Origin: Macrostomum lignano
Taxonomy: Eukaryota
Assembly: GCA_002269645.1 (NCBI GenBank)
Contig: NIVC01000636.1
Location: forward strand, 62,001 to 126,000
Reading direction: 5' to 3'
DNA: 64,000 nucleotides
The position numbers were made by a program, and so were the translations under genes. Below are positions 36,801-48,461 of the stretch, one piece after another (position 1 is the stretch's first letter; every line of letters starts with the position of its first letter). Below the pieces are notes generated by a model. That model did no database searches. It had not been told where the DNA came from and was given only the letters and a program-made list of their open reading frames with translations.

Positions 36801-39800
36801 CACGAGTGCCGGCAGCCGAGGGCGGGACTCATCGTGCACCGCAACACCACCATCAGCCACACCGCTCGGGTCCGCCACGTGCCCGCCGCCTCGGCCGCCC
36901 AGCAGCCGCCGATCCCCATGGCTGACGACCTCGGCAGCGACGAGGACGCCGGAGTAGCACCGGCGGCGGCGGCGGCGCCCTCAGCGATGCCAGGCGGCGA
37001 GGACTCACTGTACGAGCAGCTGCCGCCAACCCCGCCGACCACGAAGCCGCTGTTGTCGGCGACTTCCGAGACGGCGGCAGCGGCGGCGGCGGATGCCTCG
37101 TCGGAGGAGCCGCTGGAGGCGTACTTCTACGACCAGCTGGAGGAGTTCCTGGTTTGGGACCCGGCCACTGACCCGGCCGTGGCGGAGGCCGAGGACCGAA
37201 TCCGGGTGCGGGCAGGGCCGCTGGACGCCCTGCTGGTGCACGCCTGCTGCCCCGCCACAGAGGGCGCCAGGCAGCACCTGCTGTTCTGCGAGAGCCTGGC
37301 GGCCACCTACCGCTGCTTCGCCAGCTCGCACGAGCTGGTCGGCCGCATCGTGTCGCGGGCGATCTTCTTCCTGGCGGCCGGCCGCGACCTGCTGTGGAAA
37401 CCCGCCTTCGCCTTCCTGGTCCGCGTGCTGGACGAGGTGCGGCTTGGGGCGCTGGCGAGGGGGGGGACTGCCAGGAGTACGAATCTCAATTAAGCAGATC
37501 TCCATTGAGCAGATCTCCATTGAGCAAATCTCCATTGCGCAGATCTCCATTGCGCAGATCTCCATTGCGCAGATCTCCATTGAGCAAATCTCCGTTGAGC
37601 AGATCTCCATTGAGCAAATCTCCATTGAGCAAATCTCCATTGAGCAAATCTCCATTGAGCAGATCTCCATTGAGCAAATCTCCATTGAGCAAATCTCCAT
37701 TGAGCAGATCTCCATTGAGCAGATCTCCATTGAGCAAATCTCCATTGAGCAAATCTCCATTGAGCAGATCTCCATTGAGCAGATCTCCATTGAGCAAATC
37801 TCCGTTGAGCAGATCTCCATTGAGCAAATCTCCATTGAGCAAATCTCCATTGAGCAAATCTCCATTGAGCAAATCTCCATTGAGCAAATCTCCGTTGAGC
37901 AGATCTCCATTGAGCAGATCTCGAGTAAAAAAATCTCAGCCAGAAATTCCGATTCCGATCTACGAGTAAATTCCAAAATGGCTACTGGCAGTAGGCAGAC
38001 CAGCGCTTTCTTTTCATCCCCATCAGGTCAGCTCCGAATGCGACCAGGAGATGCTGGACGACCTCGGCCTGCTCAAGCAGCGCCTTGTCGGCGAGGGCCG
38101 CCTACCGGAGGCGCAGATCCTCGCCACTGCGCTAGCCGGCGTGCGGCAGCGCCAGGCCGAGGCGGCCCAGCCCGACCCCGCTGCGGCAGCCGCCGCCTCC
38201 GCCTTGGCGGCACAACGGCGTAGCATCACCGACTTCACACCGCGTCAGCTGGCCGAGCAGATCACCCTCATGGACTCGCGCCTGTACAGGCGGATCGAGA
38301 TTCAGGTTCGCATCTTGTACATTGTCCCAGCTTTTGAACATTATCCCAGCTTTTTGCACATTATCCCAGCTTTTGAACATTGTTCCAGCTTTTGAACATT
38401 GTCCCAGCTTTTGAACATTGTCCCAGCTTTTTGAACATTATCCCAGCTTTTTGCACATTATCCCAGCTTTTTGAACATTATCCTAGCTTTTTTAACCTTA
38501 TTCCAGCTTTTTAACATACGAGCGTAATCCCAGCTTCCTGAAGATTATTCCAGCTTCTTAAACACTCCTAATTCCACCTGAACACTCCCACATCCTCCTG
38601 AACACTCCCACATCCTCCTGAACACTCTCATCCATCTGAAGACTCCCACATCCTCCTAAACACTCCCACATCCTCTTAAGCACTCCCACATCCTCCTAAA
38701 CACTCCCACATCCTCTTAAGCACTCCCACATCCTCCTAAACACTCCCACATCCTCCTGAACACTCCCTACCCCAGGAGTACCTGGCCTTCGTGCGTGGTC
38801 GCAGCCGGGAGCAGTTCGCCAACTTGCAGGCCTTCATCAACTCCTTCAACCGGCTGGGCTTCTGGGTGAAGACCCTGGTGCTGGGCTCAAAGACCACCAA
38901 AATGAAGGAGCGGCAGCGGCTGCTCAGCTATTTCCTGAAGGTGGCGGACGAGCTCAAGCGGCTGCACAACTTCAACTCGCACCTGGCCATCGTGTTCAGC
39001 CTCATCAGTCTGGACCAGCTGCCCTGGCCCGGCCGCTCCGTGCGCCAGCGGCTGCGTGCCCTCACCAGCTGCCTTGGCGACCAGGCCGCCTTTGCCAGGG
39101 ACTACTTCCGCAACATGGGCTCCACCGAGCCGCCGCTGGTGCCGCACGTAGGCGAGGTGCTCAAGTATCTCACGCGCATCCACGAGGGCGCTGTCGGCGG
39201 CGATGAGGTGTCCAGCCTCCCACCCGACTATCCGGTCAGCCGGGCCAAGCAGCTGGGTCTCATGCCCGTCATTAACTACTGGAAGTACTGGGTGTCCTTT
39301 AATTGCCTGGACTTCTGCATTCGGTTCAAGCGGTACTCGGCTAAGGCTATGTGAGTGGGCTTGACCACCCAGGGCTTGGCTACTCCGCATTTTGGGCCAT
39401 GGACAGTGGTATAGACAGAGCCATGGACAGGGCCATAGACAGGGCCATGGACAGTGGCATAGACAGAGCCATAGACAGGGCCATAGACAGGGTCATAGAC
39501 AGGGCCATAGACAGGGTCATAGACAGGGCCATGGACAGTGGTATAGACAGAGCCATGGACAGGTCCATAGACAGGGTCATAGACAGGGCCATAGACAGGG
39601 TCATAGACAGGGCCATAGACAGGGTCATAGACAGGGCCATAGACAGGGTCATAGACAGGGCCATGGACAGTGGCATAGACAGAGCCATGGACAGTGCTTG
39701 GCCACTCAGCGCTGACTGCTCCCCGCCCGCAGGCACTACCCTTTCGCACTGAACCCGGAGCTGCTGGCCTGCCTGAACAACTTCAACGACGCCCTGTCGG

Positions 39801-39853
39801 AGCCGGCTCTGAACGACCTGCTGGACCAGGTGCGGCAGAAGTACATGAAGTGA
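27862..39853 (+). CDS. RAPGEF1: Rap guanine-nucleotide exchange factor C3G-like; 9 exons 27862-27921, 28777-28955, 29180-29330, 32768-32814, 33194-33933, 36643-37436, 38027-38305, 38776-39350, 39733-39853; about 981 aa
   Basis: All exon phases join into one ORF (2946 nt). C3G-like N-terminal segment (LAVLCCWLDKALL), poly-Pro stretch, REM domain (VRAGPLDALLVHA...FCESLAATYRCF...FLVRVLDE), CDC25 domain (FTPRQLAEQITLMDSRLYRRI...SFNRLGFWVKTLVL...LKRLHNFNS...PPLVPHVG) and C-terminus LNNFNDALSEPALNDL. The AT-rich first exon is less certain. Confidence 0.85.
28235..28779. repeat. Degenerate minisatellite of about 28 bp (CCCAACCCACCCAACCAATCACAGGTGC) ending in the RAPGEF1 exon-2 acceptor
   Basis: Recurring CCAATCACAG|GTG; the last unit is CCAATCGCAG|GTG at 28776. 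Confidence 0.88.
29350..29868. repeat. 26-27-bp minisatellite (GGGACAGAGGGGGCTGGGACTGCTGA)n
   Basis: Visible array in a RAPGEF1 intron. Confidence 0.93.
30855..32145. repeat. 21-bp minisatellite (CCAATCCCGCTCTGTATCT[C/T][A/G])n, about 61 copies
   Basis: Near-perfect array in a RAPGEF1 intron; it explains the 436-451-aa spurious ORFs in three frames. Confidence 0.97.
33950..34790. repeat. 14-bp minisatellite (TCAGAG[T/C]CAGAGAT)n
   Basis: Visible array in a RAPGEF1 intron. Confidence 0.95.
36419..36651. repeat. 32-bp minisatellite, 7 copies, each containing a copy of the exon-6 3' splice site
   Basis: Unit TGAACCAGTTCACCCATTGTCACT[A/C]ATTGCAG; unit-terminal AG at 36450, 36482, 36514, 36546, 36578, 36610 and 36642. 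Confidence 0.93.
37492..37922. repeat. 15-bp minisatellite (CTCCATTGAGCA[A/G]AT)n
   Basis: About 28 copies in a RAPGEF1 intron. Confidence 0.95.
38330..38765. repeat. Two adjacent minisatellites of about 20 bp (AACATTATCCCAGCTTTTTG; AACACTCCCACATCCTCCT)
   Basis: Visible arrays in intron 38306-38775. Confidence 0.85.
39400..39695. repeat. 12-bp minisatellite (ATAGACAGGGCC)n
   Basis: Visible array in the last RAPGEF1 intron. Confidence 0.93.
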
Positions 39854-40624
39854 TGGAGAGCGACAGCTCAATGTAATTGACGTTCTGCAAGCCCTTCGAT
39901 CTGCCTCAGAACTGAAGATCTCGCAATGTAAATTTCTGTCTTTTTTGGCTTTCTTGTTCATTGTTAAACAGCCCTCGTAACAAAGTTTTTCGCATCACCC
40001 TGCTGGCTGCTGTTGAAGCACCAATGCACTCTGAATTCACAGACAAAAAATTATCTCACGCTTGTCACACCTGTTTATCTTTTGTTTTGTTAAATCTTAA
40101 TTTTAATGTCAATCGAATATTACTCATAGTAGCTCTTCGATTTATAAAGAATTTTCATGTCGCATATTCTAAGCATTGATCAGCAGCTTATACCTAAAGC
40201 TATTTATTATATAGTATTTACAAGTCTTGAGCAATACCTTATGAGCATATTTTTGATTCTAAGCAATTCCAGTGTTTTCAATATTTATTTTCCTAGCAGT
40301 GAGTCTCACTGCAGCATGTGTTAATTATTAATCACTGTTTCACCGTACTGCTGCTCGCCACCTGTGGATCTCCTGCCCTCTACAGCCCCCCCCCACCGGC
40401 GAGTTGAACTGCCTGGCACTGCGGACTCTGAGCAATAAATGAATTGTGCAGCTACCTGGCGCGGCCTGGCCGCTCAAATCTCCAAGTTTGATTTCTTGAG
40501 TGAACCCGACTGCTCAGCCAATGCGCTGGCAAAGAAACAGGGAGTTGCTTGATTGGTCTTATTTATTGACTGTGAGTTTAGCAGGTCTTTGCTTCAATTT
40601 GGCGTCAGTCATACAGGCCTTTGT

Positions 40625-40970
40625 CTGTGTCTGCCTGCCTGCCCTGCCCTGCCTGTCTGTCTGTCTGTCTGCCTGCATGTCTGTCTGTCTATCTGTCTGC
40701 CTGCCTGTCTGTCTGGCGGTCTGTCTGTCAGTCTGTCTGCCTACCTGTCTATCAGCTCTGGCTGTCTATCTGTCTGCCTGTCTGTCTGTTCGTCTGCCTG
40801 TCTGTCTGTCTGTCTGTCTGTTCGTCTGCCTACCTGTCTTTCTGCCTGTGTCTGTCTGTCTGCCTGTCTGTCAGTCTGTCTGCCTGCCTGTCAGCTCTGG
40901 CTGTCAGTCCGTCTGTCTGCCTGCCAGCCTGTCTGTCTGCCTGCCTGCCTGCCAGCCTGTCTGTCTGCGC
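40625..40970. repeat. (CTGT/CTGC)n microsatellite upstream of the metallothionein-like gene
   Basis: Visible low-complexity array. Confidence 0.9.
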
Positions 40971-41406
40971 CTGTTTTATGCCAGCCTTGAACTACATAAG
41001 TTACTTAAGTCCTTCAAGATTGCTCCCAACTCGTACAGTATTGCGACAAAAGTTTTACAGCTTAATAAAAGCAAATGAGGCTTGGCAAATCAAATGCGTC
41101 ACTGCAAATCCTCAGCCAAAACAGGCTGGTGCGGAAACCAGAGAAAAGACATAATTGTCACCCGAATCGCTCTGCTTTATCAGAGATAAACAGTGTGTAA
41201 ACAAGCATGCTCAGGGTCAGTCACATGACCGACTCACCTGGCTGAGGAGGCGTGGCCAGTACTTGGGGTGGCGGGCTGGTCACATGGGTGGCAGCGATAA
41301 AAGCAGCGGCATAAATAGAGCCGCCCCGCGGCCGGAGCCACGCCAACCTCTGCCCAGAATCCATCAAAGCATTCATCAGCTTGCAGAGCCAGCCTCGTAA
41401 TCAGCA

Positions 41407-41605
41407 ATGGACGGTGAGTGCTGAGTTGCCAGGTGCTGCCATTTTCAATCAAGTCGCAGCGCCTTGCTCCCAGGCTTTAACTGCTGCCCCCTCCTGACCC
41501 GCAGGTAAGTGCAGCAGCCCGCAGTGCCAGGACTGCAAGTGCGGCGCCGACTGCAACCCAGGCGGAGAATGCTGCAAGCAGAACGGCTGCTGCGGGAGCA
41601 AGTGA
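41407..41605 (+). CDS. Metallothionein-like small Cys-rich protein, 35 aa (exons 41407-41413 and 41505-41605): MDGKCSSPQCQDCKCGADCNPGGECCKQNGCCGSK
   Basis: TATA-like ATAAATAG at 41311, ATG GAC G|GTGAGT donor, CCCGCAG acceptor, stop TGA at 41603, AATAAA at 41688. Nine Cys in CxC and CC motifs, no aromatic residues, all Cys codons TGC. Confidence 0.75.
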
Positions 41606-42048
41606 AGGATCTGCTTGTCCTCGGATGCTCAAACTCTGCGCCATAGCCGTAACTGTATGAAATCAGCTTTGCCAATGCCAGCGCCCGAATAAATTCAACA
41701 ATAAACTGCCATCTCAGAGTTGATTTGCACCTCGGTGCTGACAAACTGCTTGAACCCATCGTTTATTGTTCATTCAAAAGTCCTGTATGTACTTGAATAG
41801 GTACAAGAGAAGATAGCGGCTGTACAAATATATCAGTAAATAAATATTAGCCTTGCAACTCAAGTCGACAATAGCGGTAGCTTTGGATGCCTGCATCGTG
41901 CAGTAAAATAGCGATATTTATCTGTGCTAGGAAACCTGGACTTGTAAAAGTGCAGAAAAAGACTGCTGGCTGTCCGGCTGTCATGGCTTGGAGATGCAGC
42001 GGTGCGGAGAGGGCACTGCAGGCACAGCCTGTCATGGCACGGCGGCGG

Positions 42049-42737
42049 TCACACAATCAGCAGCCACAGGCCGAATACGGCGGCGATCCACAGGAAGAGG
42101 CGGCTGGCCAGCGGCCCGAGCAGGTGGGCCACCTCCAGCTCCTCCAGGGACTCCTGCAGCTCCAGCGCCAGGTCTGGCGGATCAGCGGGGGATGGGCTGC
42201 GTTTTATTGAACAGGCAGGCACTAAGACAGACAGACAGACAGACAGAACAGAACAGACAGACAGAACAGAACAGACAGACAGAACAGATCAGACAGACAG
42301 AACAGACAGACAGAACAGACAGACAGACAGACAGGCAGACAGACACAAAACAGACTGACAGACACACCTGTCAGGGACAGTCCAAGGCCGCCGTTGTCCG
42401 ACGCCGTGTCGATTCCGACGGAAATGCGCAGGCCGCCCAGCAGGAGGTGCCGCTGGCCGCTCTGCTCTCTCAGCCGGTGGCCGCTGGGCCTCGGCGGCAC
42501 GGGCGGCCCGAGCTCGGGGCCGGATCGGCCGGAACGACCGTACACGGGGACCAGCGCGTCCTCGCTGATGGGGCCCTTGCACACCGGGCAGCTGGGCGCC
42601 TGCGGCCTGGCAGTGAGCCAGCGGTGCACGCAGGGCCAGCAGAACAGGTGGCCGCACAGGCTGACCACCGGCTCCGTCACCGGCTCCAGACAGATGTTGC
42701 ATTCGAACTCGTGACCTCCGTGAGCTGCTTCAGCCAT
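42049..42737 (-). CDS. RNF185: RNF5/RNF185-family membrane-anchored C3HC4 RING E3 ligase (exons 42737-42368, 42173-42049), about 164 aa
   Basis: FECNICLEP..PVVSLCGHLFCWPCVHRWL...CPVCK...LVPVYGR...PPRPSG, and C-terminal TM segment LASRLFLWIAAVFGLWLLIV*. Phase 1 junction. RNF5 versus RNF185 cannot be resolved. Confidence 0.85.
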
Positions 42738-42794
42738 CCTCGGGCATCCGGGGCCCGGGGGCTGCAAGCTGCGGCAGGTTCAGCATGAGGATGG

Positions 42795-43245
42795 GATGTT
42801 GGGATATTCAGAATGGATGTTGGGACATTCAGAATGGGATGTTGGGATATTGAGAATGGGATGTTGGGATATTGAGAATGGGATGTTGGGACATTCAGAA
42901 TGGGATGTTAGGATATTCAGAATGGGATGTTGGGACATTCAGAATGGGATGTTGGGATATTCAGAATGGGATGTTGGGACATTCAGAATGGGATGTTGGG
43001 ATATTCAGAATGGGATGTTGGGATATTCAGAATGGATGTTGGGACATTCAGAATGGGATGTTGGGACATTCAGAATGGATGTTGGGACATTCAGAATGGG
43101 GTGTTGGGACATTCAGAATGGGGTGTTGGGACATTCAGAATGGATGTTGGGATATTCAGAATGGGTGTTGGGATATTCAGAATGTGTTGGGATATTCAGA
43201 ATGGATGTTAGGACATCCACAATGGGATGTTGGGATATTCAGAAA
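42795..43245. repeat. 22-bp minisatellite (TCAGAATGGGATGTTGGGA[C/T]AT)n
   Basis: Visible array directly upstream of the RNF acceptor. Confidence 0.93.
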
Positions 43246-44022
43246 GGACTCAATTAACGCACCAGGAGGTCACGGTGACCCCACAGAAGAGCAATAGCAG
43301 AGTTATGTATTTAAATAAAAACAGCTTTGTCTCAATAAGTGTACGAATCTTCATTAGTTTAACAACAGGCGTCTGCCCAAAACACAGCAAGGAAAGCGAA
43401 GAAATCTGCAGCAGAAGCAGTACTGTCAGTAGTGCATAACATTTATACGTCGAATAAACTGTGCAAAAAATCAAAAAAATATTCGCAAGCGAGGAGCCCT
43501 CTGAGATCCAGCGGAATTTGCATGGCTGCTAAGCGAAGAGGAGAAGGGAGAGGGAGGAGAAGCAGACGGGAAGGGAGAGGGGAAGGCAGAGGGGAAGGGA
43601 GAGGGGAAGGCAGAGGGGAAGGCAGAGGGGAAGGGAGAGGGGAAGGCAGAGGGGAAGGGAGAGGGAGCAAGAGCTGAAAACCAGCTAGCCAGAGAAATTG
43701 AATATGAACAGCTGAAAAACTGTGAATAAACAAACGATTGCCACAAAGCATCAACCAAACTCATAAATAAGGGGGTCCGCTATGAACTTCCCTACCACAT
43801 AAAGTAAATACAAAAAAATGTATTAAACATAATATTTGAATATTTGAATGTACAGAAATTGTACACACGCAGACGCAGCTGAGGAAGTGCCAAAATGACG
43901 CAAACATGAGTGAGTGCTCAGACTCACACAGATGAGTGAGTGCTCAGACTCACACAGATGAGTGAGTGCTCAGACTCGCAGATGAGTGAAGGGGATGCAG
44001 CAACGGAGCCAACAGCAGCAGC

Positions 44023-46991
44023 TCAGACCCGCAGGATCTCCAGGCAGTTGCCGTAGCAGATGCCAATCCAGCCGTTGTGGGCGCTGCTCCACTGGATCTG
44101 GTTGATCTCGCCGGCCGCAGTGTAGGCCAGGATCGGGTCCTCCACTGCCCGCGGCATTTGCTGCAGGTCCCAGATCAGCGCCTGGAAGTCGTCCGCTGCG
44201 GGGCCAAGCAGAGCATGCGAATTTCTAATTGGCTTTGAATCGCTAGACTCGAGTCTGGCTCACCAATTTCAATTTCTAAATTATAATTCACCAATTGATT
44301 GATCCGAGCTCGCCATTCACAGTCCACTGTTCACCAATCACCCATTCACAGACCTCAGTTCACCAATCACCCATTCATAGAACAAAAGTTCACCAATCAC
44401 CCATTCACAGAACAAAAGTTCACCAATCACCCATTCACAGAACAAAAGTTCACCAATCACCCATTCACAGAACAAAAGTTCACCAATCACCCATTCACAG
44501 AACAAAAGTTCACCAATCACCCATTCACAGAACAAAAGTTCACCAATCACCCATTCACAGAACAAAAGTTCACCAATCACCCATTCACAGACCTCAGTTC
44601 ACCAAAATTCGCAGCCTTACCTGCAGTGCAGATGTGACAGGCGGAGTGTGGCGCCCAGGCCAGCCCGTTAACGCAGGCTCGGTGGTTGGTGAGGCGCGCC
44701 ACGGGGTGCAGGGCACGCGGGTGTCAAGGACGATCACCTCGGAGGCGTCCATGGCGAAGGTGGCCAGGTAGTTGGGGTCCTGCCGGTTCCAGGCGAGCCG
44801 CAGCAGCGGGCTGTGGCCGGGGTCCTCGTAGATGATGGTGGAGTGCTCCAGGTGACGCAGGTCGAACATCCGCACGGAGCCGTCGGCGCCGACGCTAGCG
44901 AACATGTCGCGACCGCCGCCCTGTCGGCTGAAGGCGATGTCGTAAACTTCTTTGTCGTGCGCAATCAGCTGGGTCTTCACGTGGCCGCTGACCACGCGCC
45001 CCACCACCTGGCCAGTCTGTAGGCGCGGAATGTGGCAGAGTTCGAGTTCAGAGGGTCGTCGCACAGAATAACGGAGAAGAGCTTTGGGTCAACTTGAGAG
45101 CGGATTGCCAGTCTGTAAGAGCAACTATCGTTAATTGGATAGGTTGGGTCAATGCTGGTCAGTCTGGTGGGTCAAGGCTGGTCAGTCTGGTGGGTCAATG
45201 CTGGGTCAGTCTGGTGGGTCAATGCTGGTCAGTCTGGTGGGTCAATGCTGGGTCAGTCTGGTGGGTCAAGGCTGGTCAGTCTGGTGGGTCAAGGCTGGTC
45301 AATCTGGTGGGTCAAGGCTGGTCAGTCTGGTGGGTCAAGGCTGGTCAGTCTGGTGGGTCAATGCTGGGTCAGTCTAGTGGGTCAAGGCTGGTCAGTCTGG
45401 TGGGTCAATGCTGGGTCAGTCTGGTGGGTCAATGCTGGTCAGTCTGGTGGGTCAAGGCTGGTCAGTCTGGTGGGTCAATGTTGGTCAGTCTGGTGGGTCA
45501 ATGCTGGGTCAGTCTGGTGGGTCAAGGCTGGTCAGTCTGGTGGGTCAATGCTGGTCAGTCTGGTGGGTCAAGGCTGGTCAGTCTGGTGGGTCAAGGCTGG
45601 TCAGTCTGGTGGGTCAAGGCTGGTCAGTCTGGTGGGTCAAGGCTAGTCAGTCTGGTGGGTCAAGGCTGGTCAGTCTGGTGGGTCAAGGCTGGTCAGTCTG
45701 GTGGGTCAAGGCTAGTCAGTCTGGTGGGTCAAGGCTGGTCAGTCTGGTGGGTCAATGCTGGGTCAGTCTGGTGGGTCAAGGCTGGTCAGTCTGGTGGGTC
45801 AAGGCTGGTCAGTCTGGTGGGTCAAGGCTGGTCAGTCTGGTGGGTGAAGGCTGGGTCAGTCCGATCTGTCAAGACTGAGTCAGTTGTCGGCTCGCACCTC
45901 GAGTCCCCAGATGGTGCAGGTGGTGTCGATGCTGGAGGTGCCGAGTATGTTCGGGTCGACTTCGTTCCAATCGAAGGAGGTGAGCGGAGCGCAGAAGTCG
46001 GAGTTCTTGTTGTTGTTAAGCAGGCACTCCAGCTTGGTCTCGGTGTCGGAGACGACCCGCCAGACCCGCAGGTAGTCGCCGCTGGTGGCCAGCAGGTCGG
46101 CCGAGCCGGCGGAGCCCTTGCTGTCGGGCATCCACATAATGCGCGTGGTCGGGTACGGGTGGTCGAAGGTGCTGCGGCAGGTCAGCTCTCCACGCTCGTC
46201 GTCCAATGCAACGATCTGCGGCGGGTGTGGGATTTTGATGTTCTTTAATGTCCTTTTAATATACTTTACTGTACTTTGGAACTCGCTCTCGCCAGCTTCT
46301 GTGCCAGGTCCGTCCGATTCCCGGACACTCACTGATTCACACATTCTGTCCGATTCCCGGACACTCACTGGTTCACACATTCTGTCCGATTCCCGGACAC
46401 TCACTGATTCACACATTCTGACCGATTCCCGGACACTCACTGGTTCACACATTCTGTCCGATTCCCGGACACTCACTGATTCACACATTCTGTCCGATTC
46501 CCGGACACTCACTGGTTCACACATTCTGTCCGATTCCCGGACACTCACTGATTCACACACTCTGTCCGATTCCCGGACACTCACTGATTCACACATTCTG
46601 TCCGTATCCCGGACACTCACTGATTGATGTCCCGGTCACTCACTGGTTCACACACACTCCGTCCCGGTCACTCACTGGTTCACACACACTCCGTCCCGGT
46701 CACTCACTGGTTCACACACACTCCGTCCCGGTCACTCACTGGTTCACACACACTCCGCCCCGGTCACTCACTCAGTCCATACTCAGTCAAACTCAGCAGC
46801 CAGCAGAGACCCACCTGCAACTTGTTATTGTACTCCTCAACAAAGGAGCCGAGCGCCAGCCGAAAGCCTTTGTCCGGCCGCACGGACCAGTTCATGCTGT
46901 ACACCGGCCAGGGCGCCTCGTACTTGTAAATTTCCTTCTTCTTGTGACCGCCTCCGCCACCGGCCTGCCCAGAGAGATGGTGGCCTTGCAT
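44023..46991 (-). CDS. DCAF7: DDB1- and CUL4-associated factor 7 (WDR68/Han11); exons 46991-46815, 46215-45898, 45016-44621, 44195-44023; apparent 1-nt frameshift near 44704
   Basis: Near-identity to recalled DCAF7 motifs [93 protein letters not shown] and CLEILRV*. Confidence 0.95.
44335..44605. repeat. 30-bp minisatellite (GTTCACCAATCACCCATTCACAGAACAAAA)n
   Basis: About 9 copies in DCAF7 intron 3. Confidence 0.95.
45140..45860. repeat. 23-24-bp minisatellite (GGTCAGTCTGGTGGGTCAA[G/T]GCT)n
   Basis: Fills DCAF7 intron 2. Confidence 0.95.
46310..46770. repeat. 36-bp and 32-bp minisatellites in DCAF7 intron 1
   Basis: (GTCCGATTCCCGGACACTCACTG[A/G]TTCACACATTCT)n followed by (CACTCACTGGTTCACACACACTCCGTCCCGGT)n. 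Confidence 0.92.
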
Positions 46992-47099
46992 AGCTGCTGC
47001 TTCTGCTCCTGCTGCCGATATGGCGCGGGCGGTTAGCGCCGCTGTGAATGGCGAAGGATTCATGTTGCGTTGATTCAAATAGATGGCATAAGATGATAC

Positions 47100-47900
47100 A
47101 TGTGGGTTATCTGAGGACACTGAATGAGATATGGTTATGTGAGGACACTGAATGAGATATGGTTATCTAAGGACACTGAATGAGATATGGGGTTATCTGA
47201 GGACACTGAATGAGATATGGGGTTATCTGAGGACACTGGATGAGATATGGGGTTATCTGAGGACACTGGATGAGATATGGGGTTATCTAGGGACACTGGA
47301 TGAGAATCCCAAGTACGACTGAAAGGCATACAGTTAAAGTAATTTTACTCACAATACAAGCAGCACTCAAGCTTCAACTCGATAGGTTATATTTATATTA
47401 AGAAACTGTTGCTAAGGTAAAATATCAACTTTCTCACAGAACAGAACGCTAATCCCTCGAATTAGTGGAGAAATCTGCGCATTTTTCAATTCAATACAAA
47501 AACTAGCTAATCGAGAATTTCGCGCCACATGCAGTCGACAGAGACAAGAGTAGAAGGAAGCTGACTGCTGATTTACTTGCTAGATTATTAGCTTAATAGG
47601 TCAACGGGAACTGGTGGGTCAACAGGGAGCAGGTGGGTCAACAGGGAGCAGGTGGGTCAACAGGGAACTGGTGGGTCAACAGGGAGCAGGTGGGTCAACA
47701 GGGATCAGGTGGGTCAACAGGGAATTGGTGGGTCAACAGGGAGCAGGTGGGTCAACAGGGAACTGGTGGGTCAACAGGGAGCAGGTGGGTCAACAGGGAT
47801 CAGGTGGGTCAACAGGGAATTGGTGGGTCAACAGGGAGCAGGTGGGTCAACCAGGAACTGGTGGGTCAACAGGGAACAGGTGGGTCAACAGGGAGCAGAT
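47100..47900. repeat. 30-bp (47100-47305) and 19-bp (47600-47900) minisatellites between SPG21 and DCAF7
   Basis: Units GGACACTG[A/G]ATGAGATATGGGGTTATCTGA and GGGTCAACAGGGAGCAGGT. Confidence 0.9.
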
Positions 47901-48461
47901 GTGTCAACCTAATCCGTCGCGTAGGCCTCTACAACAGAAGCGGAAAGCGCGCTGAACAGGATCAATAGCGATGTGAGGCTGGAATCGAAGATGCAGAGAC
48001 AGTAGTCTGGAATAAACATACAAAAATGAAAGAAACAGGAGCTTCTCGCTAAGAGAAAAAAGAGCAGAGAAAAGACGGCCGTCAATTAATTCATCCATAG
48101 CCAGTAAAAACGGAATAGAAAATCAATGCGATGAAGTGCAGAAGAAGGCAGGATCAATCAAATCGATAGCAATAGAGGCCTCAGTGGAAGCCCTCGCGAC
48201 TACATGGGACTTATTGCAGATCGCGCTGATAGAAATTATGTATTTAATTAATCACAGTTATAAAAAAGTCACGCGAATCCGCTACTATGACTCATAGTAG
48301 CGAGTGAAGCCACAAGTTTGGCAGTCAATGGCAGATCGATGGGTCGCATACTCGTATCTGAGTGTAAAAATCAATACAGAATCTGAATAACAACAGGACT
48401 GCCAAGGGTGATCAGAGAGCCGTCATAACTTTAACATTCACAAATTCCATCACTGCCGGGC

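Noticed and set aside
37005-38223. ORFs with EQISI / EICSM / NGDLL repeats
   Set aside because: They read through a 15-bp intronic array; the true exons end at 37436 and resume at 38027.
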